64,000 nt of DNA from Trypanosoma brucei (lineage: Eukaryota), in assembly GCA_000002445.1 (NCBI GenBank), contig CP000071.1:1568001-1632000 (forward strand), in the 5' to 3' direction. A program made the translations under genes and the position numbers. Below the pieces are notes generated by a model that did no database searches, was not told the origin of the DNA, and was given only the letters and a program-made list of their open reading frames with translations. This document shows positions 43,301 through 54,889 of the stretch, in pieces (the first letter of the stretch is position 1; each line of letters opens with the position of its first letter).

Positions 43301-45149
43301 TGCCACTACTGGATGGGCAGCCTCGTGCCTTTCTCGACCGTTGATGCTTCTAAGTGCCTTGTAGACTCACCGGAGTAGTTTGTTGGTTATGGCACTTTGA
43401 GCATATTTGTTACCCTGTTCGCCGGTGGCCCAGTTCCCTCATTGGTGTTGTTTTACCCAATACTTATATCTCTATGATTCTTGTAGGTGCGTTGTGTTTT
43501 CAATCTTTTTCGTATGTGGTTAACGTTACTCCTGTTTGTCCTCTGTCCGTCCTTCTGTGCTACAGACACTTTCCGCATGCGCTACGCTGCTATTTTCTTT
43601 TGTTCGGAAAATTTGCATCTACTCTGGTTAATTTTTTGATATAGTGCGATGGGGTTGCGCCACCACATTGGGATATTGCTTCGTAAGCGTTGGATTTGGT
43701 ATTCTTGAAGTACTAGACGATGTGTCATGTGTTTGCCTGATGCAGTGCTGCGTTGTATTCTCGGTTCAGTCGACAGGTATTGAGTCTCTCAGTGACGTAT
43801 TTGAAAATAGGGTCATTGTAAGCGGTCTTTCATTTTGTTGGATGAGGGAGTGAGCGGGTTTAGAGTATATTTGTTTCCTGCGATACTTTCAGTGGTGGGG
43901 CCCTTCAACACTCTGATGACGCTGTCCGCTTTGGTGGACGAGGATCATGTACGCTCCTGGTTCAGGCATCTTTTACCCATCAAATGATTGTACCGTCATT
44001 GCTGGGGGAATCGGGAATGAAGACGGTTTCTCTTGATATCAACAGTATGTTTTGTCTTAATTTTATTTCTCTGCCGCGGTTGGTTGTGAAGTTGTCTCGT
44101 TTTGCTTCCCACTGGGTTTCAGCCATCAACATTTTCTGGTCGTCCGCTACTGCAGTTACTCAACTGAGTTAAAACCATCTCGCTCAGCGATGTTGGACTG
44201 CGAGTGATTACTCTTTGAGGTCCTGCATGATCTAACCTTCGGAAATAGCTTTATTGACTTGTTCATTCAAACGTTTGCATAGCTATAGCAGATAAGTGTC
44301 TGACACTTCAGTGAGCATCACGAAATCGCTTACCGCACAACCAGGGAGGAGATTGTTGAATAACTGTACCAGTCAATACCAATGGCAATACTGCCGATTA
44401 CACATAGCTATATTATACCGTATAAATTAGTACAAAAGAAGGTGAAATCATAATTAATCATTATACTAAATATGATTATAAGAAAGTGCTTCTGCTGGAG
44501 ACACATCTAGAGAGAAGGCTCGTGACCTTCATCATCACCACCCTGAGAATTTGCGTTTCAAGGGCCACACACTTTGTGAAACAACGATAAACAATGACAC
44601 CAACAAACTCAAAAAAACCAACAAATCAAAAATAGTACAAAAAACAAATAGACGCGCACAGAAAGTGAAAAAACATCAACATTTCAGCAATCAAAAATTT
44701 GTGCAATTCAAAAATACAAATAAAAGCAAGGCGAAGGAAAAAACAACTGGTTAACAACGAAATAGTATCATAGTATAGTCACTCCACACAATGACTGTAC
44801 TTAAAAACAGAAAAAAATGATAATAAGCAAAAAAAGCAAAGAAAATATCGCCAGCACTAAGAGGATCAAAAAAAAAAAACCGACGTCCTCCACACCGACG
44901 ACCAAATTTATATACAAGACATTGCCATCTTATGTGCATATCAGGGAGAAAATATCAACAAAACAACAAAAATTATATAAGAAAACACATTTATTATAAC
45001 AATTATTTAAAAAAATTATATAAAACATTCAAAATACAACAGTTACTACGACAAAGGGTTAAAACGTTACTCTTCGCTACCTCTCCTATGTTCACGCTGT
45101 TCCATTTTTGTAGAAGTTAATCAAGCAAAGCCAAGTAAAATAAACAACG
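40340..45149. promoter_or_regulatory. divergent strand-switch region (putative bidirectional Pol II transcription start region)
   Basis: The - cluster begins at 40339 and the + cluster at 45150. The 4.8 kb between has no conserved ORF. It contains G13 (40807-40819), T14 (43213-43226), T11 (43278-43288) and an A/CAA-rich low-complexity block at 44550-45090. Confidence 0.5.
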
Positions 45150-45806
45150 ATGGGTTGCTCAGGATCGAAGAATACAACGAACTCCAAGGATGGTGCCGCC
45201 AGTAAGGGTGGAAAGGACGGGAAAACTACTGCGGACCGGAAGGTTGCGTGGGAGCGTATTCGGTGTGCGATTCCCCGTGACAAGGATGCTGAGTCGAAAA
45301 GCCGTCGCATTGAACTCTTCAAGCAGTTTGACACGAACGGGACTGGAAAACTCGGCTTCAGGGAGGTGCTTGATGGTTGCTACAGTGTACTCAAGTTGGA
45401 TGAGTTCACGACTCACCTTCCTGACATTGTCCAGCGTGCGTTTGACAAAGCGAAGGACCTCGGCAACAAGGTAAAGGGTGTGGGTGAAGAGGATCTTGTG
45501 GAGTTCCTTGAATTCCGCCTGATGCTTTGCTACATCTATGATATCTTTGAGTTGACTGTAATGTTCGACACCATGGATAAGGATGGAAGTTTGTTGCTTG
45601 AGCTACAGGAGTTCAAGGAAGCCTTGCCGAAATTGAAGGAGTGGGGTGTTGATATCACTGACGCTACCACTGTGTTTAATGAGATCGACACTAATGGATC
45701 TGGTGTTGTGACATTCGATGAATTCTCATGCTGGGCTGTCACTAAAAAGTTGCAGGTATGTGGCGATCCTGATGGTGAGGAGAACGGAGCAAATGAAGGT
45801 AATTGA
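45150..45806 (+). CDS. calflagin / flagellar calcium-binding protein, single-module copy (218 aa, Tb-24-like)
   Basis: MGCSGSK N-terminus (Gly2 myristoylation plus Cys3 palmitoylation motif), EF-hand loops [26 protein letters not shown] and [13 protein letters not shown]. Near-identical copies lie downstream. Confidence 0.92.
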   Translation: MGCSGSKNTTNSKDGAASKGGKDGKTTADRKVAWERIRCAIPRDKDAESKSRRIELFKQFDTNGTGKLGFREVLDGCYSVLKLDEFTTHLPDIVQRAFDKAKDLGNKVKGVGEEDLVEFLEFRLMLCYIYDIFELTVMFDTMDKDGSLLLELQEFKEALPKLKEWGVDITDATTVFNEIDTNGSGVVTFDEFSCWAVTKKLQVCGDPDGEENGANEGN

Positions 45807-46772
45807 AAGCAGAAGGCATTACTGATGGGTTCTGCTTTATGTAATAGAAACCGATGCCAAGCGGGCGTGTGGGGTCAATGCCTTAGCCTCGCTTCCTTGA
45901 TCATATATATCCTGATCATATATTCCCTTAATTTTTTCGTCCTTGTTGACCTCTTTGTTTTCCTTTTCTTTTAATGTTTGTCTTCCTGTGTTTTGCATAA
46001 CTATCTTAGCCACTGTCCGCTACAGATCTATCTCTGCGAACACATGTGAATATGCGTCTGTATTTTCCGGCTGCTTCTTGCGCTGCCACGCTGCATCTCT
46101 GTTGCTGCCGTTGTGATCATGCTGCTTCGTTTTTGTGGGTGCTGTGAAAAAAGATAGTGGTTGTGAAGAGTTATGCTTTTTGTCTTTTGTTTATTATGTG
46201 TGTTGAATTTTTTTTGTGATGAGCGGGTGATATAGAGGGGGTTCCTGTTTCTTCCTTCTCTTTTTTTTTTTTGAGTATCAGTTGGGGTTAATTTCATCCT
46301 CGCATATGTCACAAATGTTTTGAATGCCGCTGTTCGCTTGTTAGGTGTTTTGTGTTGTGAGACGGGTACTTGTTGCTTTTTTCCGATATTATTTTGTAGG
46401 TCATACGTTTTTTTTATATATCTACTATTGAAAACGTTTGTCTTCAAGTGTGTATTTTTTTAATTTTTCAAAAAATATATTTTTGTATTTGTTTTTGTGG
46501 TGGCGGATAGTTGTTTATTTTTCTATGTTTTTTTAATTTTGTTGTGCCGTTTCATTCCTTTTTTTCGGTTATGAAATCTTTCGTAGAATCAGTACGCGTT
46601 GCAGGTGTGTGCGCAAAATCACAAACTGAGGTTAGCGTATCGGCCCACACTAATTTGATTGTTACATCGAAATCACTCTCGTTGAAGGCGTCTCTAGTGG
46701 TGTTGTTCACAGTCTGCTTAAACGGGTTGTTGCTCCCAATCGCGTGTTGATACGTCTGGTGACGGTGGGAAG

Positions 46773-48239
46773 ATGAGAGAGCCGATACAAACTTCAACAC
46801 CGGTGTCTACGGGTGAAACGGATCCAGCGGTCGTAGCTGCTGAACACGCCAACCCGTCTGTCTTTTCTGTACCGGTGGTAGCGCATGACGTTGCACCAGA
46901 TGCTGTCACTGCCTCGACAGCGGTGACCGATGTGAACGTGGAGGTGCAAAGCGGTGGAACGAAGGATATAACTGTAAGTTCTAGCCCCCGGAAGGAGGCC
47001 GGAGTAATTCCTGAAAACACCAACATCTACAAGACCGCCTTCCATATATTCAAGGCGAACGTTGGCACTGCGGTGTTTTTGCTTCCAGTTTTCTACCAAG
47101 ATGCAGGGTACATACTCGGACCCACCATTGCGGTGCTCATTGGCGTCTGTGTTATTGACGCCTCCCAGTTGCTGCTTGGAACGAAGCTGACCATTGACCG
47201 ACCCCGTGTTGACACGTACGGTAGGATATGTAAATTTATTTTCGGGCCACCACTGCAGTGGGTTCTCTTTGTTTGCCTACTTCTCAGCCAGTTTGGTTTT
47301 TGTTTACTATACATGCAACTAACGGTCGATACGATGAATACAATGGTGCAGTTTAAGGGGGACACATACGTGTGGTCATTTGTCATGTTTTTCATTGAGT
47401 TTGGTTTCACGTGCTTTTCGAGTAACTTCTCAACTTTGGCTATTATTTCCATATCGGCATCGGTGGCGGTGACATTCACTCTCGTTGCAACCTTCGTGGG
47501 AACCTGCATGGAGATAAACAAGAACGGTAGGGTGCACCCAACTGTCAACGCATTTGGCAATAATATCCCCATTGGCTGGTTTAACAATATGGCGAGTAAC
47601 CTGATGGGACTTGAGGGAATTGCGATCGTCCTTCCTGCACACACCGGATGCAATCAGAAGACGAGGTTTAAGTTCACATTGTCGCTGGTTCTCACACTAA
47701 CCGTTTCGATTTACTTGCTTTATGGTATCACAGGGTACCTTGCATACGGAACGTCAATCAATACGAGCATTATTGACGGGCTTCCCGAGAGCCAATTGTC
47801 AACCGCTGTGCGTGCTATGTTAGTTATAAATTTGGTGTGCACATACCCCGTGCAGTTCCAATCGGCCATACAGGCCGTAGACCAGGTCGTGGGGTGCAGT
47901 GCTTTTTCGGTAAAGGGGATCCTTCTCCGGTTGTTTATTAACCTGGTTATTGTTAGTATTGAACTCGCTGTTGGCCCGAAAGCGGTGCACGCTGTCGTGA
48001 GCCTGATTGGTGCTTTACCGGCGGCTGTCATGGTTTTTATTCTACCAGCGTTGCTCACTATGCAGGTTGACCATGCTGTAATGAATCCCGAAGAGGATCG
48101 TGTGACGTTGAAGTACTGGGGAAGCATGTTTACGGCAGCACCAGTGTTTTCTTGGACACGCATTCGTTGTTACTTCTACATTATCTTTGGTTTAATTGTC
48201 ATGGTAATGGGCACCTACAGCGTCATTGCTGAACTCTGA
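46773..48239 (+). CDS. amino acid transporter (Aa_trans/AAAP family, 11 predicted TM helices)
   Basis: YKTAFHIFKANVGTAVFLLPVFYQDAGYILGPTIAVLIGVCVIDASQLLLG is the AAAP signature region. The multiple hydrophobic helices and the hydrophilic N-terminal tail are typical of kinetoplastid AATs. Confidence 0.85.
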   Translation: MREPIQTSTPVSTGETDPAVVAAEHANPSVFSVPVVAHDVAPDAVTASTAVTDVNVEVQSGGTKDITVSSSPRKEAGVIPENTNIYKTAFHIFKANVGTAVFLLPVFYQDAGYILGPTIAVLIGVCVIDASQLLLGTKLTIDRPRVDTYGRICKFIFGPPLQWVLFVCLLLSQFGFCLLYMQLTVDTMNTMVQFKGDTYVWSFVMFFIEFGFTCFSSNFSTLAIISISASVAVTFTLVATFVGTCMEINKNGRVHPTVNAFGNNIPIGWFNNMASNLMGLEGIAIVLPAHTGCNQKTRFKFTLSLVLTLTVSIYLLYGITGYLAYGTSINTSIIDGLPESQLSTAVRAMLVINLVCTYPVQFQSAIQAVDQVVGCSAFSVKGILLRLFINLVIVSIELAVGPKAVHAVVSLIGALPAAVMVFILPALLTMQVDHAVMNPEEDRVTLKYWGSMFTAAPVFSWTRIRCYFYIIFGLIVMVMGTYSVIAEL

Positions 48240-49392
48240 GGCGTGGTGCCTCCGAGCTGTGGTGTGCCGCCATCACTGGATTTTAAAAATTTACGGTACC
48301 GTCGTCATGTACGCTTCGTATTCTATTTTATTGTGCTTTTAGACATTACAACGATTATTCCTTAACACACAAGCTTACGGTTGCTGGGGTTGGCCCCGCA
48401 TGCGGTACGTTAGCTGTGAGCACTTTTATTCCAATACGTACTATCCAGCGAGGCGCCGCTGGGTCGATCTTTTCCCCCTTTGTTCGCAGGGATTTTTTAA
48501 TAACCACCAAAACGTTTATTTTTCTCGTAAGCACAAACATATGATCATTTAACTAGGAACGAATTTTCTACGTGAACAACATAATAAATCATGTGTTCGC
48601 CCTCCCCGCTGATCTTCCATCATTAGATGTGCTCACCCTCTCGCATGGAGGCAGGCACTCTAGGTCCAAGGATGATCCCTTGAGATTACACTTCATCAAT
48701 TCCACTATAAAATTCTTTTCACTTTTCAATCACAAGAGCTCTCACCTAGTTGCGTCGTATGTTCATGTCTCCCTGTCTGGGGTGGTCTGTCTGCAGTGTT
48801 TAGAAAACCCAAAACTGTGTCTTTGGAGTCATTATAGGTCGGCATCCACGCCGGGTCGCAGGTGTTGAGCTCTGCCAGTGGGAGAATGGCTGCCCGTGTT
48901 GAGTATAGGCTGAGTGTCTTTACCTCAACCGGTTTCCCCTCTGCTCGTGGTCATCTTTGATCAGACTCCACCTCACTCCCGGAGCGGGGTCAAGATTGTA
49001 ACTCCATCACACTCCCTTCGCTGTCACTCATATTGTTTCCTCCCATCGGTTGTCATTGACCGGATAAGTTGTTGCTTGGTTCGCCCGTGACGTTGTTGGG
49101 CGGAGGCGCTTTCGATACACTTCTTGCCATCGCATATGAACCCGCTCGTTGCTGTAAGCTGTGCAGAGCCGTGTTGGCCACCGTCTCATCGATCCACTGG
49201 GAAATGCAACTACGATGAACGATCTTTGTATTATCAGTGAATTTCGCAAAGACTGTAGCACAATGTAGAATCCGTGTGTATTTTCCAGCTGCTGCTTGCG
49301 CTGCCACGCAGCATCTTCACTGCCTATGCTATGTTCACGCTGTTCCATTTTTGTAGAAGTTAATCAAGCAAAGCCAAGTAAAATAAACAAAG

Positions 49393-50616
49393 ATGGGTTG
49401 CTCTGCATCGAAGGATACAACGAACTCCAAGGATGGTGCCGCCAGTAAGGGTGGAAAGGACGGGAAAACTACTGCGGACCGGAAGGTTGCGTGGGAGCGT
49501 ATTCGGTGTGCGATTCCCCGTGACAAGGATGCTGAGTCGAAAAGCCGTCGCATTGAACTCTTCAAGCGGTTTGACACGAATGGGACTGGAAAACTTTCAT
49601 TCAGGGAGGTGCTTGATGGTTGCTACAGTATACTCAAGTTGGATGAGTTCACGACTCACCTTCCCGGCATTGTCCAGCGTGCGTTTGACAAAGCGAAGGA
49701 CCTCGGCAACAAGGTAAAGGGTGTGGGTGAAGAGGATCTTGTGGAGTTCCTTGAATTCCGCCTGATGCTTTGCTACATCTATGATATCTTTGAGTTGACT
49801 GTAATGTTCGACACCATGGATAAGGATGGAAGTTTGTTGATTGAGCTACAGGAGTTCAAGGAAGCCTTGCCGAAATTGAAGGAGTGGGGTGTTGATATCA
49901 CTGACGCTACCACTGTGTTTAATGAGATCGACACTAATGGATCTGGTGTTGTGACATTCGATGAATTCTCATGCTGGGCTGTCACTAAAAAGTTGCAGGT
50001 ATGTGGCGATCCCGATGGTGAGGGTGCTGCTAAAACTACTGCGGACCGGAAGGTTGCGTGGGAGCGTATTCGGTGTGCGATTCCCCGTGACAAGGATGCT
50101 GAGTCGAAAAGCCGTCGCATTGAACTCTTCAAGCAGTTTGACACGAACGGGACTGGAAAACTCGGCTTCAGGGAGGTGCTTGATGGTTGCTACAGTGTAC
50201 TCAAGTTGGATGAGTTCACGACTCACCTTCCTGACATTGTCCAGCGTGCGTTTGACAAAGCGAAGGACCTCGGCAACAGGGTAAAGGGTGTGGGTGAAGA
50301 GGATCTTGTGGAGTTCCTTGAATTCCGCCTGATGCTTTGCTACATCTATGATATCTTTGAGTTGACTGTAATGTTCGACACCATGGATAAGGATGGAAGT
50401 TTGTTGCTTGAGCTACAGGAGTTCAAGGAAGCCTTGCCGAAATTGAAGGAGTGGGGTGTTGATATCACTGACGCTACCACTGTGTTTAATGAGATCGACA
50501 CTAATGGATCTGGTGTTGTGACATTCGATGAATTCTCATGCTGGGCTGTCACTAAAAAGTTGCAGGTATGTGGCGATCCTGATGGTGAGGAGAACGGAGC
50601 AAATGAAGGTAATTGA
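49393..50616 (+). CDS. calflagin, fused double-module copy (407 aa, Tb-44-like)
   Basis: Two complete calflagin modules are joined in frame at ...[13 protein letters not shown]|[13 protein letters not shown]... (junction about 50014-50035). The first module begins MGCSASK. The second module lacks the N-terminal acylation motif. Confidence 0.9.
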   Translation: MGCSASKDTTNSKDGAASKGGKDGKTTADRKVAWERIRCAIPRDKDAESKSRRIELFKRFDTNGTGKLSFREVLDGCYSILKLDEFTTHLPGIVQRAFDKAKDLGNKVKGVGEEDLVEFLEFRLMLCYIYDIFELTVMFDTMDKDGSLLIELQEFKEALPKLKEWGVDITDATTVFNEIDTNGSGVVTFDEFSCWAVTKKLQVCGDPDGEGAAKTTADRKVAWERIRCAIPRDKDAESKSRRIELFKQFDTNGTGKLGFREVLDGCYSVLKLDEFTTHLPDIVQRAFDKAKDLGNRVKGVGEEDLVEFLEFRLMLCYIYDIFELTVMFDTMDKDGSLLLELQEFKEALPKLKEWGVDITDATTVFNEIDTNGSGVVTFDEFSCWAVTKKLQVCGDPDGEENGANEGN

Positions 50617-50733
50617 AAGCAGAAGGCATTACTGATGGGTTCTGCTTTATGTAATAGAAACCGATGCCAAGCGGGCGTGTGGGGTCAATGCCTTAGCCTC
50701 GCTTCCTTGATCATATATATCCTGATCATATAT

Positions 50734-50806
50734 TCCCTTAATTTTTTCGTCCTTGTTGACCTCTTTGTTTTCCTTTTCTTTTAATGTTTGTCTTCCTGTG
50801 TTTTGC
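50734..50806 (+). promoter_or_regulatory. polypyrimidine tract with downstream AG: putative trans-splice acceptor / polyadenylation-coupling signal (representative; repeated in each array unit)
   Basis: TCCCTTAATTTTTTCGTCCTTGTTGACCTCTTTGTTTTCCTTTTCTTTTAATGTTTGTCTTCCTGTGTTTTGC, followed by AG at about 50817. It lies roughly 170 nt upstream of the ATG at 50985, as expected for kinetoplastid mRNA processing signals. Confidence 0.5.
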
Positions 50807-50984
50807 ATAACTATCTTAGCCACTGTCCGCTACAGATCTATCTCTGCGAACACATGTGAATATGCGTCTGTATTTTCCAGCTGCTGCTTGCGCTGCCACG
50901 CTGCATCTCTGTTGCTGCCGTTGTGATCATGCTGTTCCATTTTTGTAGAAGTTAATCAAGCAAAGCCAAGTAAAATAAACAACG

Positions 50985-51641
50985 ATGGGTTGCTCAGGAT
51001 CGAAGAACGCATCTAACCCCAAGGATGGTGCCGCCAGTAAGGGTGGAAAGGACGGGAAAACTACTGCGGACCGGAAGGTTGCGTGGGAGCGTATTCGGTG
51101 TGCGATTCCCCGTGACAAGGATGCTGAGTCGAAAAGCCGTCGCATTGAACTCTTCAAGCGGTTTGACACGAATGGGACTGGAAAACTCGGCTTCAGGGAG
51201 GTGCTTGATGGTTGCTACAGTGTACTCAAGTTGGATGAGTTCACGACTCACCTTCCTGACATTGTCCAGCGTGCGTTTGACAAAGCGAAGGACCTCGGCA
51301 ACAAGGTAAAGGGTGTGGGTGAAGAGGATCTTGTGGAGTTCCTTGAATTCCGCCTGATGCTTTGCTACATCTATGATATCTTTGAGTTGACTGTAATGTT
51401 CGACACCATGGATAAGGATGGAAGTTTGTTGCTTGAGCTACAGGAGTTCAAGGAAGCCTTGCCGAAATTGAAGGAGTGGGGTGTTGATATCACTGACGCT
51501 ACCACTGTGTTTAATGAGATCGACACTAATGGATCTGGTGTTGTGACATTCGATGAATTCTCATGCTGGGCTGTCACTAAAAAGTTGCAGGTATGTGGCG
51601 ATCCTGATGGTGAGGAGAACGGAGCAAATGAAGGTAATTGA
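50985..51641 (+). CDS. calflagin, single-module copy (218 aa)
   Basis: Differs from the 45150 copy in only a few residues (KNASNPK, FKRFDT). Confidence 0.92.
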   Translation: MGCSGSKNASNPKDGAASKGGKDGKTTADRKVAWERIRCAIPRDKDAESKSRRIELFKRFDTNGTGKLGFREVLDGCYSVLKLDEFTTHLPDIVQRAFDKAKDLGNKVKGVGEEDLVEFLEFRLMLCYIYDIFELTVMFDTMDKDGSLLLELQEFKEALPKLKEWGVDITDATTVFNEIDTNGSGVVTFDEFSCWAVTKKLQVCGDPDGEENGANEGN

Positions 51642-52009
51642 AAGCAGAAGGCATTACTGATGGGTTCTGCTTTATGTAATAGAAACCGATGCCAAGCGGG
51701 CGTGTGGGGTCAATGCCTTAGCCTCGCTTCCTTGATCATATATATCCTGATCATATATTCCCTTAATTTTTTCGTCCTTGTTGACCTCTTTGTTTTCCTT
51801 TTCTTTTAATGTTTGTCTTCCTGTGTTTTGCATAACTATCTTAGCCACTGTCCGCTACAGATCTATCTCTGCGAACACATGTGAATATGCGTCTGTATTT
51901 TCCGGCTGCTTCTTGCGCTGCCACGCTGCATCTCTGTTGCTGCCGTTGTGATCATGCTGTTCCATTTTTGTAGAAGTTAATCAAGCAAAGCCAAGTAAAA
52001 TAAACAACG

Positions 52010-52711
52010 ATGGGTTGCTCAGGATCGAAGAACGCATCTAACCCCAAGGATGGTGCCGCCAGTAAGGGTGGAAAGGACGGGAAAACTACTGCGGACCGGA
52101 AGGTTGCGTGGGAGCGTATTCGGTGTGCGATTCCCCGTGACAAGGATGCTGAGTCGAAAAGCCGTCGCATTGAACTCTTCAAGCGGTTTGACACGAATGG
52201 GACTGGAAAACTCGGCTTCAGGGAGGTGCTTGATGGTTGCTACAGTGTACTCAAGTTGGATGAGTTCACGACTCACCTTCCTGACATTGTCCAGCGTGCG
52301 TTTGACAAAGCGAAGGACCTCGGCAACAAGGTAAAGGGTGTGGGTGAAGAGGATCTTGTGGAGTTCCTTGAATTCCGCCTGATGCTTTGCTACATCTATG
52401 ATATCTTTGAGTTGACTGTAATGTTCGACACCATGGATAAGGATGGAAGTTTGTTGATTGAGCTACAGGAGTTCAAGGAAGCCTTGCCGAAATTGAAGGA
52501 GTGGGGTGTTGATATCACTGACGCTACCACTGTGTTTAATGAGATCGACACTAATGGATCTGGTGTTGTGACATTCGATGAATTCTCATGCTGGGCTGTC
52601 ACTAAAAAGTTGCAGGTATGTGGCGATCCTGATGGTGAGGGGAACGGAGCAAATGAAGGTGACGGGGCAAATGCAGGGGATGGAGTTCCTGCGGCCGAGG
52701 GTTCTGCCTAG
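52010..52711 (+). CDS. calflagin, single-module copy with an extended acidic Gly/Ala-rich C-terminal tail (233 aa)
   Basis: Identical to the 50985 copy until [13 protein letters not shown], then a unique tail [16 protein letters not shown]. This is the last unit of the array. Confidence 0.88.
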   Translation: MGCSGSKNASNPKDGAASKGGKDGKTTADRKVAWERIRCAIPRDKDAESKSRRIELFKRFDTNGTGKLGFREVLDGCYSVLKLDEFTTHLPDIVQRAFDKAKDLGNKVKGVGEEDLVEFLEFRLMLCYIYDIFELTVMFDTMDKDGSLLIELQEFKEALPKLKEWGVDITDATTVFNEIDTNGSGVVTFDEFSCWAVTKKLQVCGDPDGEGNGANEGDGANAGDGVPAAEGSA

Positions 52712-54889
52712 TGTTGAGAATGTTATGATTATGCAGGGACGTCAGTATTTGTGGTTCTACCGTAGAGATCTGTGTTTGCTTCTTTTTTTGGAGGTGTTTT
52801 CATGTTCTTTTTAACCACCCCCGGTCCATATTATTTAATATTATTGTTTCAAGTGTTTTTTTAAAACTCAATGGTGTTTTTTGTCTTCTTCTTCCTTATT
52901 TTTAACTTGTCTCTTTTTGCAGGTTATTGGCTATAATATTTCATATTGATTTTCATCCTTCTTGATAGCCGACTGCTTAAGCACTTGTTTTTGTCTACTT
53001 TTGGTTCTGAAGCCTGATTATTTCGTTGTTTTATTTATGAATATTCACTTTTTTCCATATGTCCGCTCCGGTGAACATCTTTGGGGACCAGTAGAGTGCT
53101 GCATCGATGATAATGTGCCAATATATATATATATATTTATATTTATAAGCACACATTTCGCGGAGTGCGCCATGAAGAATGTAAGGAGAATTTGTGGGGA
53201 AATGTTATGTAAGTACATGGTGAAGAGAGAGGTAGGTAATTTGTGGGAGTGAAAAGGAAAAGCAGGTTGGTGACCGACACACTCGTGGTTTGTAATCTTT
53301 TTCGTTCTAGCAAAATAGTTTATTTTTGTACGTGATCTCTCATGTCACCGGTTGTGTAAATAGATATATGCTCTTATGGGCCTGTTAGGGTAATTCTGTA
53401 TGGCAGAGGCGGAGTGCGCTGTTGCGTGTGATTGAGTGGCGTTACAACGTGAAATGTTATTATTTTGCTTCGCGTCTGCCATATACTTCTTTACCTTCTT
53501 TTTTTGTTTACGAAGTTGCTTCTGTGGTGGTGAATAGGAAGCAATGGACACGGAGTTGGTCGCGATCATTGCTGCATCCGTTTCCTAATGGATCTTAGGA
53601 CCGCGTTGCTGCTCTTAGCGGATTGTGCTGACCATGGTCCATATAGATATTCATAAATACGCCTGTGCGGGATGCAGCAGTGCTAAGGATAAAACAACAG
53701 GGTACAGGGATCCTGGAAATGTGTTACGTTTTGGACACCGCGCCTGGTTTTGTAAAGTCCTTTCGCTGATGATAGAAGGAATCTGACGGTGTTACCTGCA
53801 TGTGATGAAGGGATCGTGTGATGTGGAGAGTATGACTTGTTGTCTTTGCTTCCCTTTAATTTAGCGTTCGATTTGTTTTTGCCATTCACTTTGGGGGGAG
53901 GGGGAAGTTCAGTTTCCAAAGGGAGTCGCTGGGTGCTGCATCCTTTCGGAACGGAAGGCGTGAGTATTGTCGTGACTTTATATGAGTTTTCTCACTGTGC
54001 CTCTTTCAGCATGAGGAATAAGGTTGGGTTATAGTGGCATATTCCGACCGGTAATGTGCTGCTTGAGATTTTTTCCGCTACCGCAGTCAGTAGCCGGGGA
54101 TACATCTCTATGCGCCGTCACCATGCGGCTACACGTTTTCCCCTTGCTGTTACGGGTACCTATAACCCTGAAGCTGATGGCGCCGTGGCGATTGGGTGTG
54201 ATTTCCGAAGAGCGATCACTGCATCGCTGATGGCGATCACTGTTTGGTGGTGGCTTGTCGAGAGGTGCTTCTATCATTCGTGTATTTGGTTATTTTCTCT
54301 CTTGTACCGTCATCTGCCAGTTCTCTTGTGGGTTTATTTGTAAGTATATGTGCCTGCCTTATAGTTTTGTGCATGTTGCCGTGCGACTCATTTTAATTTG
54401 TTTTTTTTGTAGCGGTGAGGATTTACCCACCCCCTGCTTCCTACACATCTTTCGGTGCCCTCCTGCTAATTTCGTCACCTCGGATAAATTCTATTGCATC
54501 GAATTCGTCCAACTTCATGGAGATTTTTGGATCATGTATGACTGTTCAAACAGCGGCATGGTGCACTAAGTTGCAGGAAGTGGCAATCCATAGTGTATCA
54601 TCTTCAGTAAGTGCGTGCGTTACTTCGTTGTACGCTGCCTTTTCAGTGCCAAGTTGAAAAGAAAGAAAATTGAGGAGAATAGTGCATGGAGAACTTTACC
54701 GCCTCCCATTTCTTCCCGTTTGTTGGGAAAGAAATTGCGCCTTCATCGTCATTGGTTGAGTTGTGGTTGTTATACGCGGTCATGAAAGTGTTTTTCCTTT
54801 TATTCTGCATTTAGTGCACCGCTGCACATCATTCGATTTCCCTCTGACATCCTGTTTCTTAGGCTGCCTCTCGCGTACGTGCGTCGCTT

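Larger units (their letters stand above)
45092..52711 (+). repeat. calflagin tandem gene array (1025-bp unit period between the last two copies), interrupted by an amino-acid-transporter insertion
   Basis: Coding and intergenic sequence repeat almost perfectly: 45807-46100 matches 50617-50910 and 51642-51935, and the 60 bp upstream of each ATG is identical. Confidence 0.9.

Noticed and set aside
45159-45474. Antisense and alternate-frame ORFs (85-121 aa) inside every calflagin copy, e.g. 45159..45416 (-), 45190..45474 (+), 49779..50144 (-), 50994..51251 (-), 52019..52276 (-)
   Set aside because: They recur only because the underlying DNA is a tandem repeat. They overlap a strongly supported conserved CDS and have no recognisable protein features.
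45092-52711. Regularly spaced repeats, considered as a possible CRISPR-like array
   Set aside because: The units are 1-kb protein-coding repeats in a eukaryote, with no short direct repeats with unique spacers. This is a tandem gene array.
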